From a virus (lineage: Duplodnaviria; Caudoviricetes): DNA of 27,022 nt. Made by a program: the position numbers and the translations under genes. The notes beneath the pieces were generated by a model. The model was not told where the DNA came from, searched no databases, and saw only the letters and a program-made list of their open reading frames with translations. The stretch spans positions 1 to 27,022 of the IMG/VR virus record IMGVR_UViG_3300017780_003508; one strand, 5' to 3'. Shown here piece after piece: positions 1 through 9,032 of the stretch (positions are counted from its first letter, which is position 1; every line of letters begins with the position of its first letter).

Positions 1-165
1 TGTAGCGTCAAACCAATACTTTGGAACAGGGTTACCAGGACTTAGAGACAGGTCGAACCACACTCCAGTTGTTGTAACTTGAGATGGAACTTTACGCCAC
101 ATATATCTGCGTACGGCTCCACTGATTTCTGCATTTACTAGTTGTTGTACGCTATTTGCTGACAT
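1..165 (-). CDS. Partial hypothetical virion/tail-associated protein (N-terminus MSANSVQQLVNAEISGAVRRYMWRKVPSQVTTTGVWFDLSLSPGNPVPKYWFDAT...), runs off the window
   Basis: Manual translation from ATG at 165; open to position 1; starts 4 nt after the stop of the upstream small ORF. Not in the ORF track. Confidence 0.75.
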   Translation of the reverse strand, partial: MSANSVQQLVNAEISGAVRRYMWRKVPSQVTTTGVWFDLSLSPGNPVPKYWFDAT

Positions 166-169
166 TTAA

Positions 170-310
170 TTATTGTAGTCCACCTTGTCCAATCATTGTT
201 GCTGTAGCATTTGCTACGATAGGTTCATTTGCACATTCTGCTGGACATGCTCTGATTATTTCAGAATTAAGTATTATTACCCCCTTATTACACTTAGTGC
301 ATGTATACAT
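170..310 (-). CDS. 46-aa Cys-rich small protein (MYTCTKCNKGVIILNSEIIRACPAECANEPIVANATATMIGQGGLQ)
   Basis: Manual translation; ATG 1 nt after the TAG of 312..719; CxxC...CxxxC; fills the gap exactly. Confidence 0.7.
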   Translation of the reverse strand: MYTCTKCNKGVIILNSEIIRACPAECANEPIVANATATMIGQGGLQ

Positions 311-311
311 A

Positions 312-719
312 CTAGTCTTCAGTTACTGTAAGTGCTGCAATCGCAAACTGTGGCTGAATAAGGTTAGCAACAGCGAGTGATGAGTTAAGTGCTCCAGAGT
401 AAAGGATTGTTCCTGCTCCTGATGCTGTTGTTACAACTGCTACGTGAGTAAGAGTTGCTCCTGTTACGCCACACTGTGGGAACTGAATAAGAGCAGCATT
501 AGTAAATGAAGCGCCTCCATCAGTCCATGCTGATGCTTTTACAAGTGTCTGACGAGCATAGTTTGTATACGCCGTTTCGTTGGTAATAGCTGTTCCTGCC
601 TCTCCTGGATCAGCTGTGTAAAGTGCTAACCAGTTGTTAGCATTTGTTCTAAAAGATGGGTCTGTTCCTTGTAGAAACATCTTTAAAGTATCATTTTCTG
701 ATGTATTTGACTTTGACAT
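312..719 (-). CDS. Putative phage tail/virion structural protein (135 aa)
   Basis: ALYTADPGEAGT...E..Y..YARQ...F..... pattern typical of small phage tail-associated proteins; located in the tail gene cluster. Confidence 0.6.
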   Translation of the reverse strand: MSKSNTSENDTLKMFLQGTDPSFRTNANNWLALYTADPGEAGTAITNETAYTNYARQTLVKASAWTDGGASFTNAALIQFPQCGVTGATLTHVAVVTTASGAGTILYSGALNSSLAVANLIQPQFAIAALTVTED

Positions 720-778
720 AAATTATTTTTAATTAGTAAACTCTACTTCCTCAAGTAGTAATTTAAGTATAACAAAGT

Positions 779-1492
779 TTAAGAATAAGTTATACCCATG
801 ACATCACCGGAAGAGTACGTCAATGTCTTAGTGAGTGATATACCGCTAGGAGTAGAGCCGGAAAGTACAATACTAGTAACGTCTCCACTGGTATAGTTAA
901 GTGTCTTAGTGACTCCGTTTGAGTATACAATAGTTGAAACATCACCGGAACCGTTGTAGTTGATAGTATAGTCATATGCTGATAGGTTAGCTGATACTGT
1001 TTCAAATGAATTAGTTGATCCGCCCCCACCAAGATCATATTTACCGTTAGTTTTTGTAAGGCCTGATAAATCTACATCATCAAGCTCAGAAAGTGACACA
1101 GTTTTTGATGACTGAGTAGCCACTCTTATGATCTCTTCTACCTTTGGAGCGTTAATAACCTGCTTGTAGTCAATAAACACCTCCTCAATCTTAGGAGAAA
1201 CACCGTCTTTACCTGCCGGTCCTTGATCACCTTTCTCACCTCTTTTGCCGTCCTTGCCATCTTTACCGTTCTTACCGTCTACTCCATCACGTCCATCCTT
1301 GCCGTCTATACCATTATCTCCTTTATCACCCTTAGCGCCGTCTATTCCTGCCGGTCCTTGATTGCCTTGTTCACCGGTATCTCCTTTTTCTCCCTTGTCT
1401 CCCTTAATAAATTGTACAGCTAATTCAGCAACATCTTTGAGTTGTTCATCGGTATCTTTTCGTGATGTTACTTTTAGTTGTAGTTTAGTCAT
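779..1492 (-). CDS. Collagen-like (Gly-X-Y) repeat fibre protein with C-terminal beta-hairpin repeats
   Basis: Long GxY run (GDKGEKGDTGEQG...GKDG). Start moved to ATG 1492 (MTKLQ), 1 nt after the upstream stop. Confidence 0.8.
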   Translation of the reverse strand: MTKLQLKVTSRKDTDEQLKDVAELAVQFIKGDKGEKGDTGEQGNQGPAGIDGAKGDKGDNGIDGKDGRDGVDGKNGKDGKDGKRGEKGDQGPAGKDGVSPKIEEVFIDYKQVINAPKVEEIIRVATQSSKTVSLSELDDVDLSGLTKTNGKYDLGGGGSTNSFETVSANLSAYDYTINYNGSGDVSTIVYSNGVTKTLNYTSGDVTSIVLSGSTPSGISLTKTLTYSSGDVMGITYS

Positions 1493-1493
1493 G

Positions 1494-2162
1494 TTACATG
1501 TTACCACCAGTTATCTGCATCATGTGTATCATAGGTGTTGGGGTGAAGGATGCTCCAGCTGTGTAAGTAACTGATAAATAAGGGTCTTTACTAGTACCTG
1601 TGTTGTCAGAAAAGTACCACAGCCCTGTTAACTGATTGATACCCGTTGGTGCTGAGTTGTTTATTTCTCTTAAAGAAATAATACCTAGCTTAGAAAACCC
1701 AGTTTTATTGATATAGGTAAGACCTGTTGCATTTAAAGTCCATACCCAGTACTGGTTAGCAACAGAGAATGAAGCAAGTGTTTTATTTCCACCATCTGTA
1801 AACGTTACAGAACCAAAATCAGAATTAGCAAGTGAAGAAGTTGAAGCTTGTGATGTCTGTACAACTGAGAGAGAGTCAGAATCTGCATTGTTTATAGCAG
1901 TAACTTCAATGTACTGATTAACTGTGGCGCTTGATATTGTTGCACCTGACCCAAGAGCAGAAGTATCAAATGGGAAAAACCCACGAGATGAATAGTACAA
2001 ACCACCGAACAAAATAGAACGGGCAACAATAGACCCATCAATACTTGTAACCGTATAACTAAATCCGTTACCTGTACCAGCTGTCCTACAAGTCGAATAA
2101 GTTGCATTACTATTATTTACATATCCGTCACCATTGTCTGAATAAAAATCTGTTACTGCCAT
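1494..2162 (-). CDS. Virion structural protein, DNRLRE-like beta-sandwich domain
   Basis: RGFFPFDTSALGSGATISSATV ... KDPYLSVTY resembles the F.FD.S.L....I.SA.L ... P.L.V.Y pattern; Ser/Thr/Asn-rich. Start moved to ATG 2162 (MAVTDF). Confidence 0.55.
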   Translation of the reverse strand: MAVTDFYSDNGDGYVNNSNATYSTCRTAGTGNGFSYTVTSIDGSIVARSILFGGLYYSSRGFFPFDTSALGSGATISSATVNQYIEVTAINNADSDSLSVVQTSQASTSSLANSDFGSVTFTDGGNKTLASFSVANQYWVWTLNATGLTYINKTGFSKLGIISLREINNSAPTGINQLTGLWYFSDNTGTSKDPYLSVTYTAGASFTPTPMIHMMQITGGNM

Positions 2163-2163
2163 A

Positions 2164-2559
2164 TTATTTAATTTCTTGTAAAACAAGATTTTCTTTTACG
2201 GTTTCTTTTTGAGTTTCTTGTGGTTCTCTTATTTCATCTTTAGCTAATTCTTTATTTAAAAAGATAATAACATCATCTAAGTTAGATGTTACGCCAAAAT
2301 CTTGTGAGGTGTAAACAGCACAATCATTACTGTCTTCTTCTTGAACAAATTTAGTATTTATGTGTGGCAAATCTGCTTTTTGCAGTCTTTTTGTTCTTAC
2401 ATATTTAACAGTCTCTATCGGTGTAATTTTGTTAGAAATAACATCTAGATATTCTTGCTGTACTGCAAGCATTTCTCCTTCATAGAATCTAACAGCGACC
2501 TCACTAATATGAATGTCATCACTTTTATGGACATACCAGAATTTATAAGATGTTTTCAT
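2164..2559 (-). CDS. Hypothetical protein, possible fibre chaperone/accessory
   Basis: ORF track; start moved to ATG 2559 (MKTSYK), coupled to the upstream TAA. Confidence 0.65.
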   Translation of the reverse strand: MKTSYKFWYVHKSDDIHISEVAVRFYEGEMLAVQQEYLDVISNKITPIETVKYVRTKRLQKADLPHINTKFVQEEDSNDCAVYTSQDFGVTSNLDDVIIFLNKELAKDEIREPQETQKETVKENLVLQEIK

Positions 2560-2560
2560 A

Positions 2561-5023
2561 TTAGATTGCATTAGCCCAAAGTGTCTTCCAGTTAGTTCCG
2601 TTGTACTGAGCAGACATCATAAATGTCTTACCTGCTGTTGTAGTAGCTGGAAACGCTGCACCAAAAGCAACGTATGTAGCGTTTATTGTAAGTGTCTGAG
2701 CACCTACTGAATCAACGTAAATCATGATTGTCTCACCTATTACTGGTGTACCTGTAGGAGCATCAATAGTAAGTGTTGCTGTCTGTGTTGTTCTAAAGTA
2801 TACGTTAGCTGTTGAAAGGTCTGGAGAGAGGTTAGATGCTGTCGTAGAAGAAGCTGTACGAGGTTGTACACGCTTGTTTGTAAGCGTAGATGTGCTTGAG
2901 ATTGTTGGTACTGCCACACCTTCTACAGCAATAACACCAGCAGCACTTCTTGTAACAGAGGTGTCTGTGTTACCCATATCAATCTGTGTGATTGTCTGAG
3001 TTCCTGTGAAAGTGTTAGCAGCGTCTGTTCTAGCAAGTTCTGCGTCTGTTACAGCTGTGTTAAATTGTGCAAGAGTACCTGTGATACCCACGATAGATGT
3101 CTGGTCTCCTGTGTTTGTTCCTGATAAATTACTACCAGTAATAACACCTGCTCCTGTAATACTTGCTGTCGTTGTTCCTGCTCCATTTTGACAGTCAAGA
3201 ACTTTGTCTGTATCTGCTGCACTTCCTCTTCTAAGAGTAAAACCATCTCTTGTAGCATCAGTCAGAATCTCTGGGTCTATAGAGTTGTCATACGCTTGCT
3301 GTAGTGTTGTGGTAGAAGCTCCTGCCCCAACAGATGCTTCTCCAAACTTACCTGCATCAATAAACTGTGCTATTCCTGCCGCAACATCTGCTGCGAGGTC
3401 TGTACTGCCCTTCTTTACAATGAGATATGCTCTGAATAATCCGAACCCTACATTTGGTGCATTTACAAAGGTTTCTGTTCTAACACCAGATTGTGCAGCT
3501 GCAAAAGAGCTGTATATATTTTGACCGTATTGAACAGAGGTTGTCCCATCTGCAAATAGCACAATATGTTGTACTGTCCACTTGTTATTGCTTACAGCAG
3601 TAAGAACACCAGCAAGGTCATAGTTGTCTGGGTCAATAAATGTAGAAGTCGTAGCCGTGCCACCTCGTAGAAGTCTAAGAACAGTTGGAGCTGTAGCAGA
3701 TGAAACAGTAAGAATATCAGGTACTTTATTATCTGTAGCCCAGTTGGCTCCAGCGTTGTAAAGACTACCAGATGACTTGTTTATTGAAAGATTCGCTCCA
3801 TTAGCTGAAAAAGCATTACCTGATATATTGAATAACCCAAGAGCCAGAGTAAGATGTCTTGTTCTTGGGTTTGCGTGGACTATAGGGCTTACAGTAGAAA
3901 TTACAGAAGTAACTGTTGTTAAATTCGGGTGAACCAGTACACCGATAGGTAGATAGTCAACAAAGTCTGTATTTGTAAATGGGGCTGATTGTTGTATAAC
4001 TGTTCCAGTTGAGTCAATCTTAACGTATGTAAGTTGCTGTGTTGCGATATTAGTTACTGTGATATTAGTCTTTCCTGTCCAAGAAACAGCTGTAGCGACA
4101 TTAGTTACAGCATTAACAATTATTCCAGTACCATCAGAGATAGTAAATGTAGAAGTAGGAGAGCCCACTGAAAGATAACCACCAGAAATTACCCCAGTAG
4201 AAGTTACTGCATTTGCAGTTAATGCAGAGTTCTTGATTAACTTACCTGTAGTTCCGTTGTAAAGGGGAATGGCTTCTGCCGTAGCACTAGCTGGACCAAC
4301 TACATCACCTGAACCAGCATTGGCTGAAGGAATGACATACTTACCATTTGTCTTTGTAGCTTGTGAATAATCCACGTCATCAAGTTCTACAAGTGATACA
4401 GTCTTAGACGCTCTTTTAACAGCGAAGTCTACCCCTTCCTTAAGATCTTTGACTGTCTTTTCATCAACACCTTTACCATCACGCCCTGGTTCACCTTTAA
4501 GGCCACGAAGTCCACGTTCACCACGAGGTCCTTGTTCACCCTGAATACCTTGTATACCCATCTCCCCATTCACACCGTCTATTCCATCGTTACCGTCCAT
4601 GCCGTCACGTCCATCAAAGCCAGCCGGTCCTTGTTCTCCCTGATCACCTTTTTCTCCTTTTACCGCAGACTGAAAAGCCTCATCACCCTTTATATTATCA
4701 ATAGCCTCTTCTATGTTGTGGAAGGCGTTGTCTCCTTTGTCTCCTTTATCTCCCTTATCGCCTTTGTTACCTTTAGGGCCACGGAGTAAGTTCCAGAGAG
4801 CGAGTGAGTTCTGATCATTAGCTTCAATCTCAAATGACTGATTCTTCTGTTCGTCACCCTGCATTAAGAGTTGCTCAGCTGTTAAGTTCAAGTCCCTAAT
4901 CCCCTCTGAGATCTCGTCCTGCTTCATGAGCTGCGCCTCACTAAGACTTTCAACACCTTTAAGTGTCTCATGTCGTTCATCATTCTGCATTATTAGAGGA
5001 TCCAAGTTATCTGTTGGTTGCAT
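2561..5023 (-). CDS. Large collagen-repeat tail fibre/virion protein (820 aa)
   Basis: N-terminal helical region, two GxY tracts, then a long Thr/Gly/Ser-rich beta region with GDVVGPASAT and TNTGDQT fibre-type motifs. Confidence 0.8.
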   Translation of the reverse strand: MQPTDNLDPLIMQNDERHETLKGVESLSEAQLMKQDEISEGIRDLNLTAEQLLMQGDEQKNQSFEIEANDQNSLALWNLLRGPKGNKGDKGDKGDKGDNAFHNIEEAIDNIKGDEAFQSAVKGEKGDQGEQGPAGFDGRDGMDGNDGIDGVNGEMGIQGIQGEQGPRGERGLRGLKGEPGRDGKGVDEKTVKDLKEGVDFAVKRASKTVSLVELDDVDYSQATKTNGKYVIPSANAGSGDVVGPASATAEAIPLYNGTTGKLIKNSALTANAVTSTGVISGGYLSVGSPTSTFTISDGTGIIVNAVTNVATAVSWTGKTNITVTNIATQQLTYVKIDSTGTVIQQSAPFTNTDFVDYLPIGVLVHPNLTTVTSVISTVSPIVHANPRTRHLTLALGLFNISGNAFSANGANLSINKSSGSLYNAGANWATDNKVPDILTVSSATAPTVLRLLRGGTATTSTFIDPDNYDLAGVLTAVSNNKWTVQHIVLFADGTTSVQYGQNIYSSFAAAQSGVRTETFVNAPNVGFGLFRAYLIVKKGSTDLAADVAAGIAQFIDAGKFGEASVGAGASTTTLQQAYDNSIDPEILTDATRDGFTLRRGSAADTDKVLDCQNGAGTTTASITGAGVITGSNLSGTNTGDQTSIVGITGTLAQFNTAVTDAELARTDAANTFTGTQTITQIDMGNTDTSVTRSAAGVIAVEGVAVPTISSTSTLTNKRVQPRTASSTTASNLSPDLSTANVYFRTTQTATLTIDAPTGTPVIGETIMIYVDSVGAQTLTINATYVAFGAAFPATTTAGKTFMMSAQYNGTNWKTLWANAI

Positions 5024-5039
5024 ATATGTTAATTATAAC

Positions 5040-7358
5040 TTATTTTTTATTATTTGCCTTGTTCCAGATGTCAGTGAGTTGGGATTTGGTTTTAATATCT
5101 TTAGGGTCAAAAACAACTATTTCATAAGCTTCCGTACCGTATTTATCTACTCCTCCACCGTCTACTTTAATTGCCTTGTACCCCATCTCTTTTGCTTTCT
5201 CTGTTATTTTTGGGGACTGTTCTTTAAGGAAATCAGTAAGCGTTATGTTTGAAGGACGTTTAGAAGATTTTGGTAAATACAAAACGTCTTCCAGTTCACT
5301 GAAATCTTTAACCTCAAGTATCCTTTCCTTTGGAATGTCAATGTAGGTTTCAATAACTCTTCCACTACTAGTCTTGCCCTGTGTCTTAAACACATCTTTA
5401 CCACTCGCAAAAGTGTCTGCTACCTCTTTAGAGTTGGTTAAATATATTCCTTTACCAGCAAAACCAGAATCAGCACTATTACGTGTCCCAGCTTTAGATA
5501 AATCAAACTCCTTAAAATCTTGTGTTGTTCCATGCAGTAATGGCTGACCTTTAGACTTAACAAACTCCTCCGCAGTCTTGTACTTAGTAGCTTCTTGTTC
5601 TAGTGTTTTAGGAAAAACTCCCATCCTTTCCTTCATTATGTCCTGACCAATAGGTTTTTTTGTACTATTCACAGACCCCTTCTTTACAGCGTTGTTCGCA
5701 CGAGGTAGACTGTTAGGTATGGAAGCCTTAATTGTAGTTTGTGCATTATTATATTGCATCTTTGGAATACCACGGTTATATTCCTGATTAGGAACAAAAT
5801 CACGTCCAAACTTAGGTGCTGGAAGCGCTAAAGGTAATTTAGCGGCACTTTCTTCTGCTTTTTGTAGCACTTTTGACTTCTCAGCTGTTTTACCAAGAGC
5901 TTTTCCAAAAGTATTAGCCATCTGACTACCCAAGATTCTACCTGATACCTCTCCTCCGATTGCCGCACCAATGGCACCGCCAATAGGACCACCAGTAGAC
6001 ATTCCAGCGAGTCCTCCAATAATGTTTCCTGTGCCTGACGCAAAATATTTACCAAGTCTGCCTCCCTTTACCTTTTTACCATCAAGATCAGCAAGCATCT
6101 CTATATCAGAGTAATATTTAGCAAGTTCATCATTGATTTCTTTAATGTTCTGAGCAGAACTGTTCTCAATAAGTTCTTTGAGAGCACGAGCTACAGCTTT
6201 AGCCTCAGCCTTTGATGAAGGTACACTGTAGTTAATGTTTGCTGTCTCTGAGATTTTAGCACTATGAAGAAGATCTAGTGGAATGTTTCCATTAGCATCA
6301 GCCTTACGCTCTAGTCCTTTTACAGTAGAGTTAATTCTTGAGTACGCACTTTCAAGACTACCTCCAGCTAGTTTTTCATCTTCAAGGATTGTCTTTTCAA
6401 GATACTTTGTGACATCACTTATGTTGATTTGCTTACCTTCTTTCTTAAGTAAATCTTTTACAATAGCCTCTCTTCCATCTATTGTCTGAGACTTATACTG
6501 ATCAATAGCGCCTCCTTTTGCCTTTGTATTTATCTTACCATCAGCATCCACAGTGTTTACAAGTACGTCAGTATTAGCAATACGACTTCGTGACTCATTT
6601 CTAGCATCTTCTTTGTATGCGTTCTTCTGGTTAAGTTTAGTATAACCAGTTTCAATATCATAGATGTCTTTCTCTCTACTTGCTACGTTTCTTGCAAGTC
6701 TGCCTTCTTTATTTGAAAGCTCTCCAATAGTTTTTCCTATAGACCCAACAGCTTTTGGAGCATAATGACCTAATAAAGGAACTCCAGCAGCTCCAACAGC
6801 AGCTCCAATAGCTCCTTCACCTAATGAAGTACTTATATCCTTATTTTCTTGTAGAGCTGATCCTGTTCCAATAAGACCTCCAGCAATAGCTCCTTCAGCT
6901 GCAAGAGTTCCAACTTTAGGAGCTATTTTTTGTGCTATCTTAGTCCCAGTTAAAGCTTTCCCAAAGAGCTTAGCTCCTTGCACAGCAAGTCCACTCATAG
7001 GTAAATATGAAGCTCCTTCCATAGCTGTACCAACTAAATCTTTAGTGTACTCAGATCCTTTAAGTTCTCTTCCATCTCTGTAACCAACAAGATTAACATC
7101 ATCACCAAAAACACTTTTTACTTTCCCACTAGCAAGAGACCCTTCCATAGACTTTGGCAGTAGTGCTTTTGCAACAGAGCCTCCTATCTTAGACAGTGGA
7201 TCTACAACAGCCTTAGCAAATGACTTAACAAGCCCTGGCTCTTCTGGTTCAGGAGCATCCGGTAGAGCATTTACTTCGTCAAAAGAATACCCCTGTGAAC
7301 CGCCTGCCGTAGGAGCATCTGGGAAAGCATTTACTTCATCAAGTGTATATCCTGCCAT
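5040..7358 (-). CDS. Putative internal virion/DNA-ejection protein with C-terminal ADP-ribosyltransferase-like (ART-PolyVal-type) domain
   Basis: Gly/Ala-rich membrane-like segments and helical body typical of podovirus ejection proteins. C-terminus has LLHGT..F.EF, GKGIYLT, GYKAI and YEIVVFDPKDIK (H-Y-E pattern). Confidence 0.7.
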   Translation of the reverse strand: MAGYTLDEVNAFPDAPTAGGSQGYSFDEVNALPDAPEPEEPGLVKSFAKAVVDPLSKIGGSVAKALLPKSMEGSLASGKVKSVFGDDVNLVGYRDGRELKGSEYTKDLVGTAMEGASYLPMSGLAVQGAKLFGKALTGTKIAQKIAPKVGTLAAEGAIAGGLIGTGSALQENKDISTSLGEGAIGAAVGAAGVPLLGHYAPKAVGSIGKTIGELSNKEGRLARNVASREKDIYDIETGYTKLNQKNAYKEDARNESRSRIANTDVLVNTVDADGKINTKAKGGAIDQYKSQTIDGREAIVKDLLKKEGKQINISDVTKYLEKTILEDEKLAGGSLESAYSRINSTVKGLERKADANGNIPLDLLHSAKISETANINYSVPSSKAEAKAVARALKELIENSSAQNIKEINDELAKYYSDIEMLADLDGKKVKGGRLGKYFASGTGNIIGGLAGMSTGGPIGGAIGAAIGGEVSGRILGSQMANTFGKALGKTAEKSKVLQKAEESAAKLPLALPAPKFGRDFVPNQEYNRGIPKMQYNNAQTTIKASIPNSLPRANNAVKKGSVNSTKKPIGQDIMKERMGVFPKTLEQEATKYKTAEEFVKSKGQPLLHGTTQDFKEFDLSKAGTRNSADSGFAGKGIYLTNSKEVADTFASGKDVFKTQGKTSSGRVIETYIDIPKERILEVKDFSELEDVLYLPKSSKRPSNITLTDFLKEQSPKITEKAKEMGYKAIKVDGGGVDKYGTEAYEIVVFDPKDIKTKSQLTDIWNKANNKK
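5683..5711 (+). promoter_or_regulatory. sigma70-like promoter antisense to the ejection-protein gene
   Basis: TTTACA (5683-5688), 17-nt spacer, TAGACT (5706-5711); ATG 7 nt downstream. Confidence 0.55.
5719..5787 (+). CDS. Nested antisense 22-aa hydrophobic peptide MEALIVVCALLYCIFGIPRLYS (putative single-pass membrane peptide)
   Basis: Manual translation ATG 5719 to TGA 5787; leaderless position behind the promoter; about 16 consecutive apolar/uncharged residues. Confidence 0.5.
   Translation: MEALIVVCALLYCIFGIPRLYS
7251..7352 (-). repeat. Two-copy 60-nt-period repeat encoding GY(T/S)(L/F)DEVNA(F/L)PDAP
   Basis: 7251-7292 and 7311-7352 align at DNA and protein level. Confidence 0.8.
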
Positions 7359-7361
7359 AAG

Positions 7362-9026
7362 TTATTTTTGTGGATAGTATTTACCGTCAGCCTGTCTTAC
7401 AAGTACGGTAGGTACTCCGTTAATTATTTTGTTAATAGTTGCTGGTGCTGCATTAGGAGTATTAGCAGCTGATGTCTGTACACCATTAGCCTGATCAACT
7501 GCTGCTTTCGCTCTGGTAAATACATCTTTTGCCTCAGTAACATATTTTTTAACTTGTGCCGGTGTCATTTTCTGTATGTTAAGAGGTGTAGCAGCAGATG
7601 TCATGAGAGTAACGTCATTGTTAGACATTTGTGGACCGAAGAACTTTTTAACAGCTGGATCTGTGTTAAGTGTTAGTAAGTTTGTTCTAACAGCATCTGT
7701 TAAAGCCTCAAGCTGTCTGAACTCTGAGTCACCTTTGAATGTGTCACCATACATTCTTTCTATAGATCCTGCTCCAGCTGCATTAGATAGCTTGAGCGCC
7801 TCATTTGTTGTGCCGATAAGACTTGTCAATTTTATAGATGATTCAGCAGGAGAAACATTACCAGTCATACCTGTAGAACTGAGTGTATCACCGTCCTTTG
7901 GGGCGTATGTCTTTGCTCTACTAGCTAGAAGTACAGGTTTACCATTTGCATCATAACCATACTGTGCTTGACCCTCACTAATAGAGAATCCTTTTGCTCT
8001 TTCAAATGCTACCTTATCAGCTTGTTCCTGAGCTCTAATAGCATCCTCACGTGCAATCTTATCTGTCTTAGCTTTTTCCGCCTGTGTTGTCTCGTACTTC
8101 TTAACTAGAAAGGCCTTCTTTATCTTGTCTAGTGTTGTACCTGCGTCTTTTGCATCCTTGTCTGTTATAGAGTCTGGTGTAGCTTTGTTAGCGATAAGAT
8201 ACTCTACAGCGGCATTTGCTTGAGAGTCTCCATATTCTCCCTCGTTCTTCTTAAAGGCGATTCTTTCCTTGTAGCCAGCTTCTACTGCAGCTCTTTTATC
8301 TTCGTAGTATGACTTTGCAAGGTTTGCTATCCCTGCTCTGATAGCTCCTTCTGCGGCTGCTTTTTCTTGTTCTATAGAATTATAAATATCCTGATTAGCA
8401 AACTGCTCTGTCTCTACTGCGGCACTACCAAAACTGCCACCAACAGCTCCACGTGATTGATTTCTTGCCATTGTGCCACCGAGTCTTGCGTCTCCTGCTA
8501 CTTTAGCCTGTCTTAGTTTTTCAGCGTAGAGTGCATTACTTGCGTTGATCTGTCTCTGCATTTCATCAGCCAAACTAGCCTTTTCAGCAGCTTCTGTTAC
8601 ACCCTGGCCTGCGAGCCATGAGTTTCTGTCATTATAAAATGAAGCATCTCCGTAGATGTCTTTAATGTTGCCTGTCATTCCACCAAGGCCTGTAGTAGTT
8701 ACAGTTGACGCCGGTGTTGCTACTGTTGTAGGAGTAACTACTGGTGCAGTTACAGTTGCAGCAGGTGTGATTGACGCTTTTGTAGCTGTGCCAGATGTAG
8801 CGAGTACATTCTGAGGTGCCTGGTATGCAGTCTTAATTGTAGGTGCAACTGGTTTAGGAGCTACAGGTCCAGCTACCGGAGCTGGATTGTTCATTGGCTG
8901 TGGGAAAGTAGCGCCGTTTGCCATAGGAAACTGCATAGAAGGGGCTTTTGGTGTAAGATCTGGCAGCATAGGCGTACTGAATGTAGTAGGCGCTTGTTTG
9001 TTTAGAAAATCGTAAGGTGTTTTCAT
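7362..9026 (-). CDS. Putative DNA-ejection/pilot protein (554 aa)
   Basis: Pro/Thr-rich disordered N-terminus, Ala/Gln/Lys coiled-coil middle; position after the tail nozzle genes as in podoviruses. Confidence 0.55.
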   Translation of the reverse strand: MKTPYDFLNKQAPTTFSTPMLPDLTPKAPSMQFPMANGATFPQPMNNPAPVAGPVAPKPVAPTIKTAYQAPQNVLATSGTATKASITPAATVTAPVVTPTTVATPASTVTTTGLGGMTGNIKDIYGDASFYNDRNSWLAGQGVTEAAEKASLADEMQRQINASNALYAEKLRQAKVAGDARLGGTMARNQSRGAVGGSFGSAAVETEQFANQDIYNSIEQEKAAAEGAIRAGIANLAKSYYEDKRAAVEAGYKERIAFKKNEGEYGDSQANAAVEYLIANKATPDSITDKDAKDAGTTLDKIKKAFLVKKYETTQAEKAKTDKIAREDAIRAQEQADKVAFERAKGFSISEGQAQYGYDANGKPVLLASRAKTYAPKDGDTLSSTGMTGNVSPAESSIKLTSLIGTTNEALKLSNAAGAGSIERMYGDTFKGDSEFRQLEALTDAVRTNLLTLNTDPAVKKFFGPQMSNNDVTLMTSAATPLNIQKMTPAQVKKYVTEAKDVFTRAKAAVDQANGVQTSAANTPNAAPATINKIINGVPTVLVRQADGKYYPQK

Positions 9027-9032
9027 ATATTT

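Noticed and set aside
1200-4780. Similar DNA in the two collagen tracts as a DGR template/variable repeat pair
   Set aside because: Similarity is explained by Gly-X-Y coding, I saw no adenine-specific pattern of differences, and no reverse transcriptase is present.
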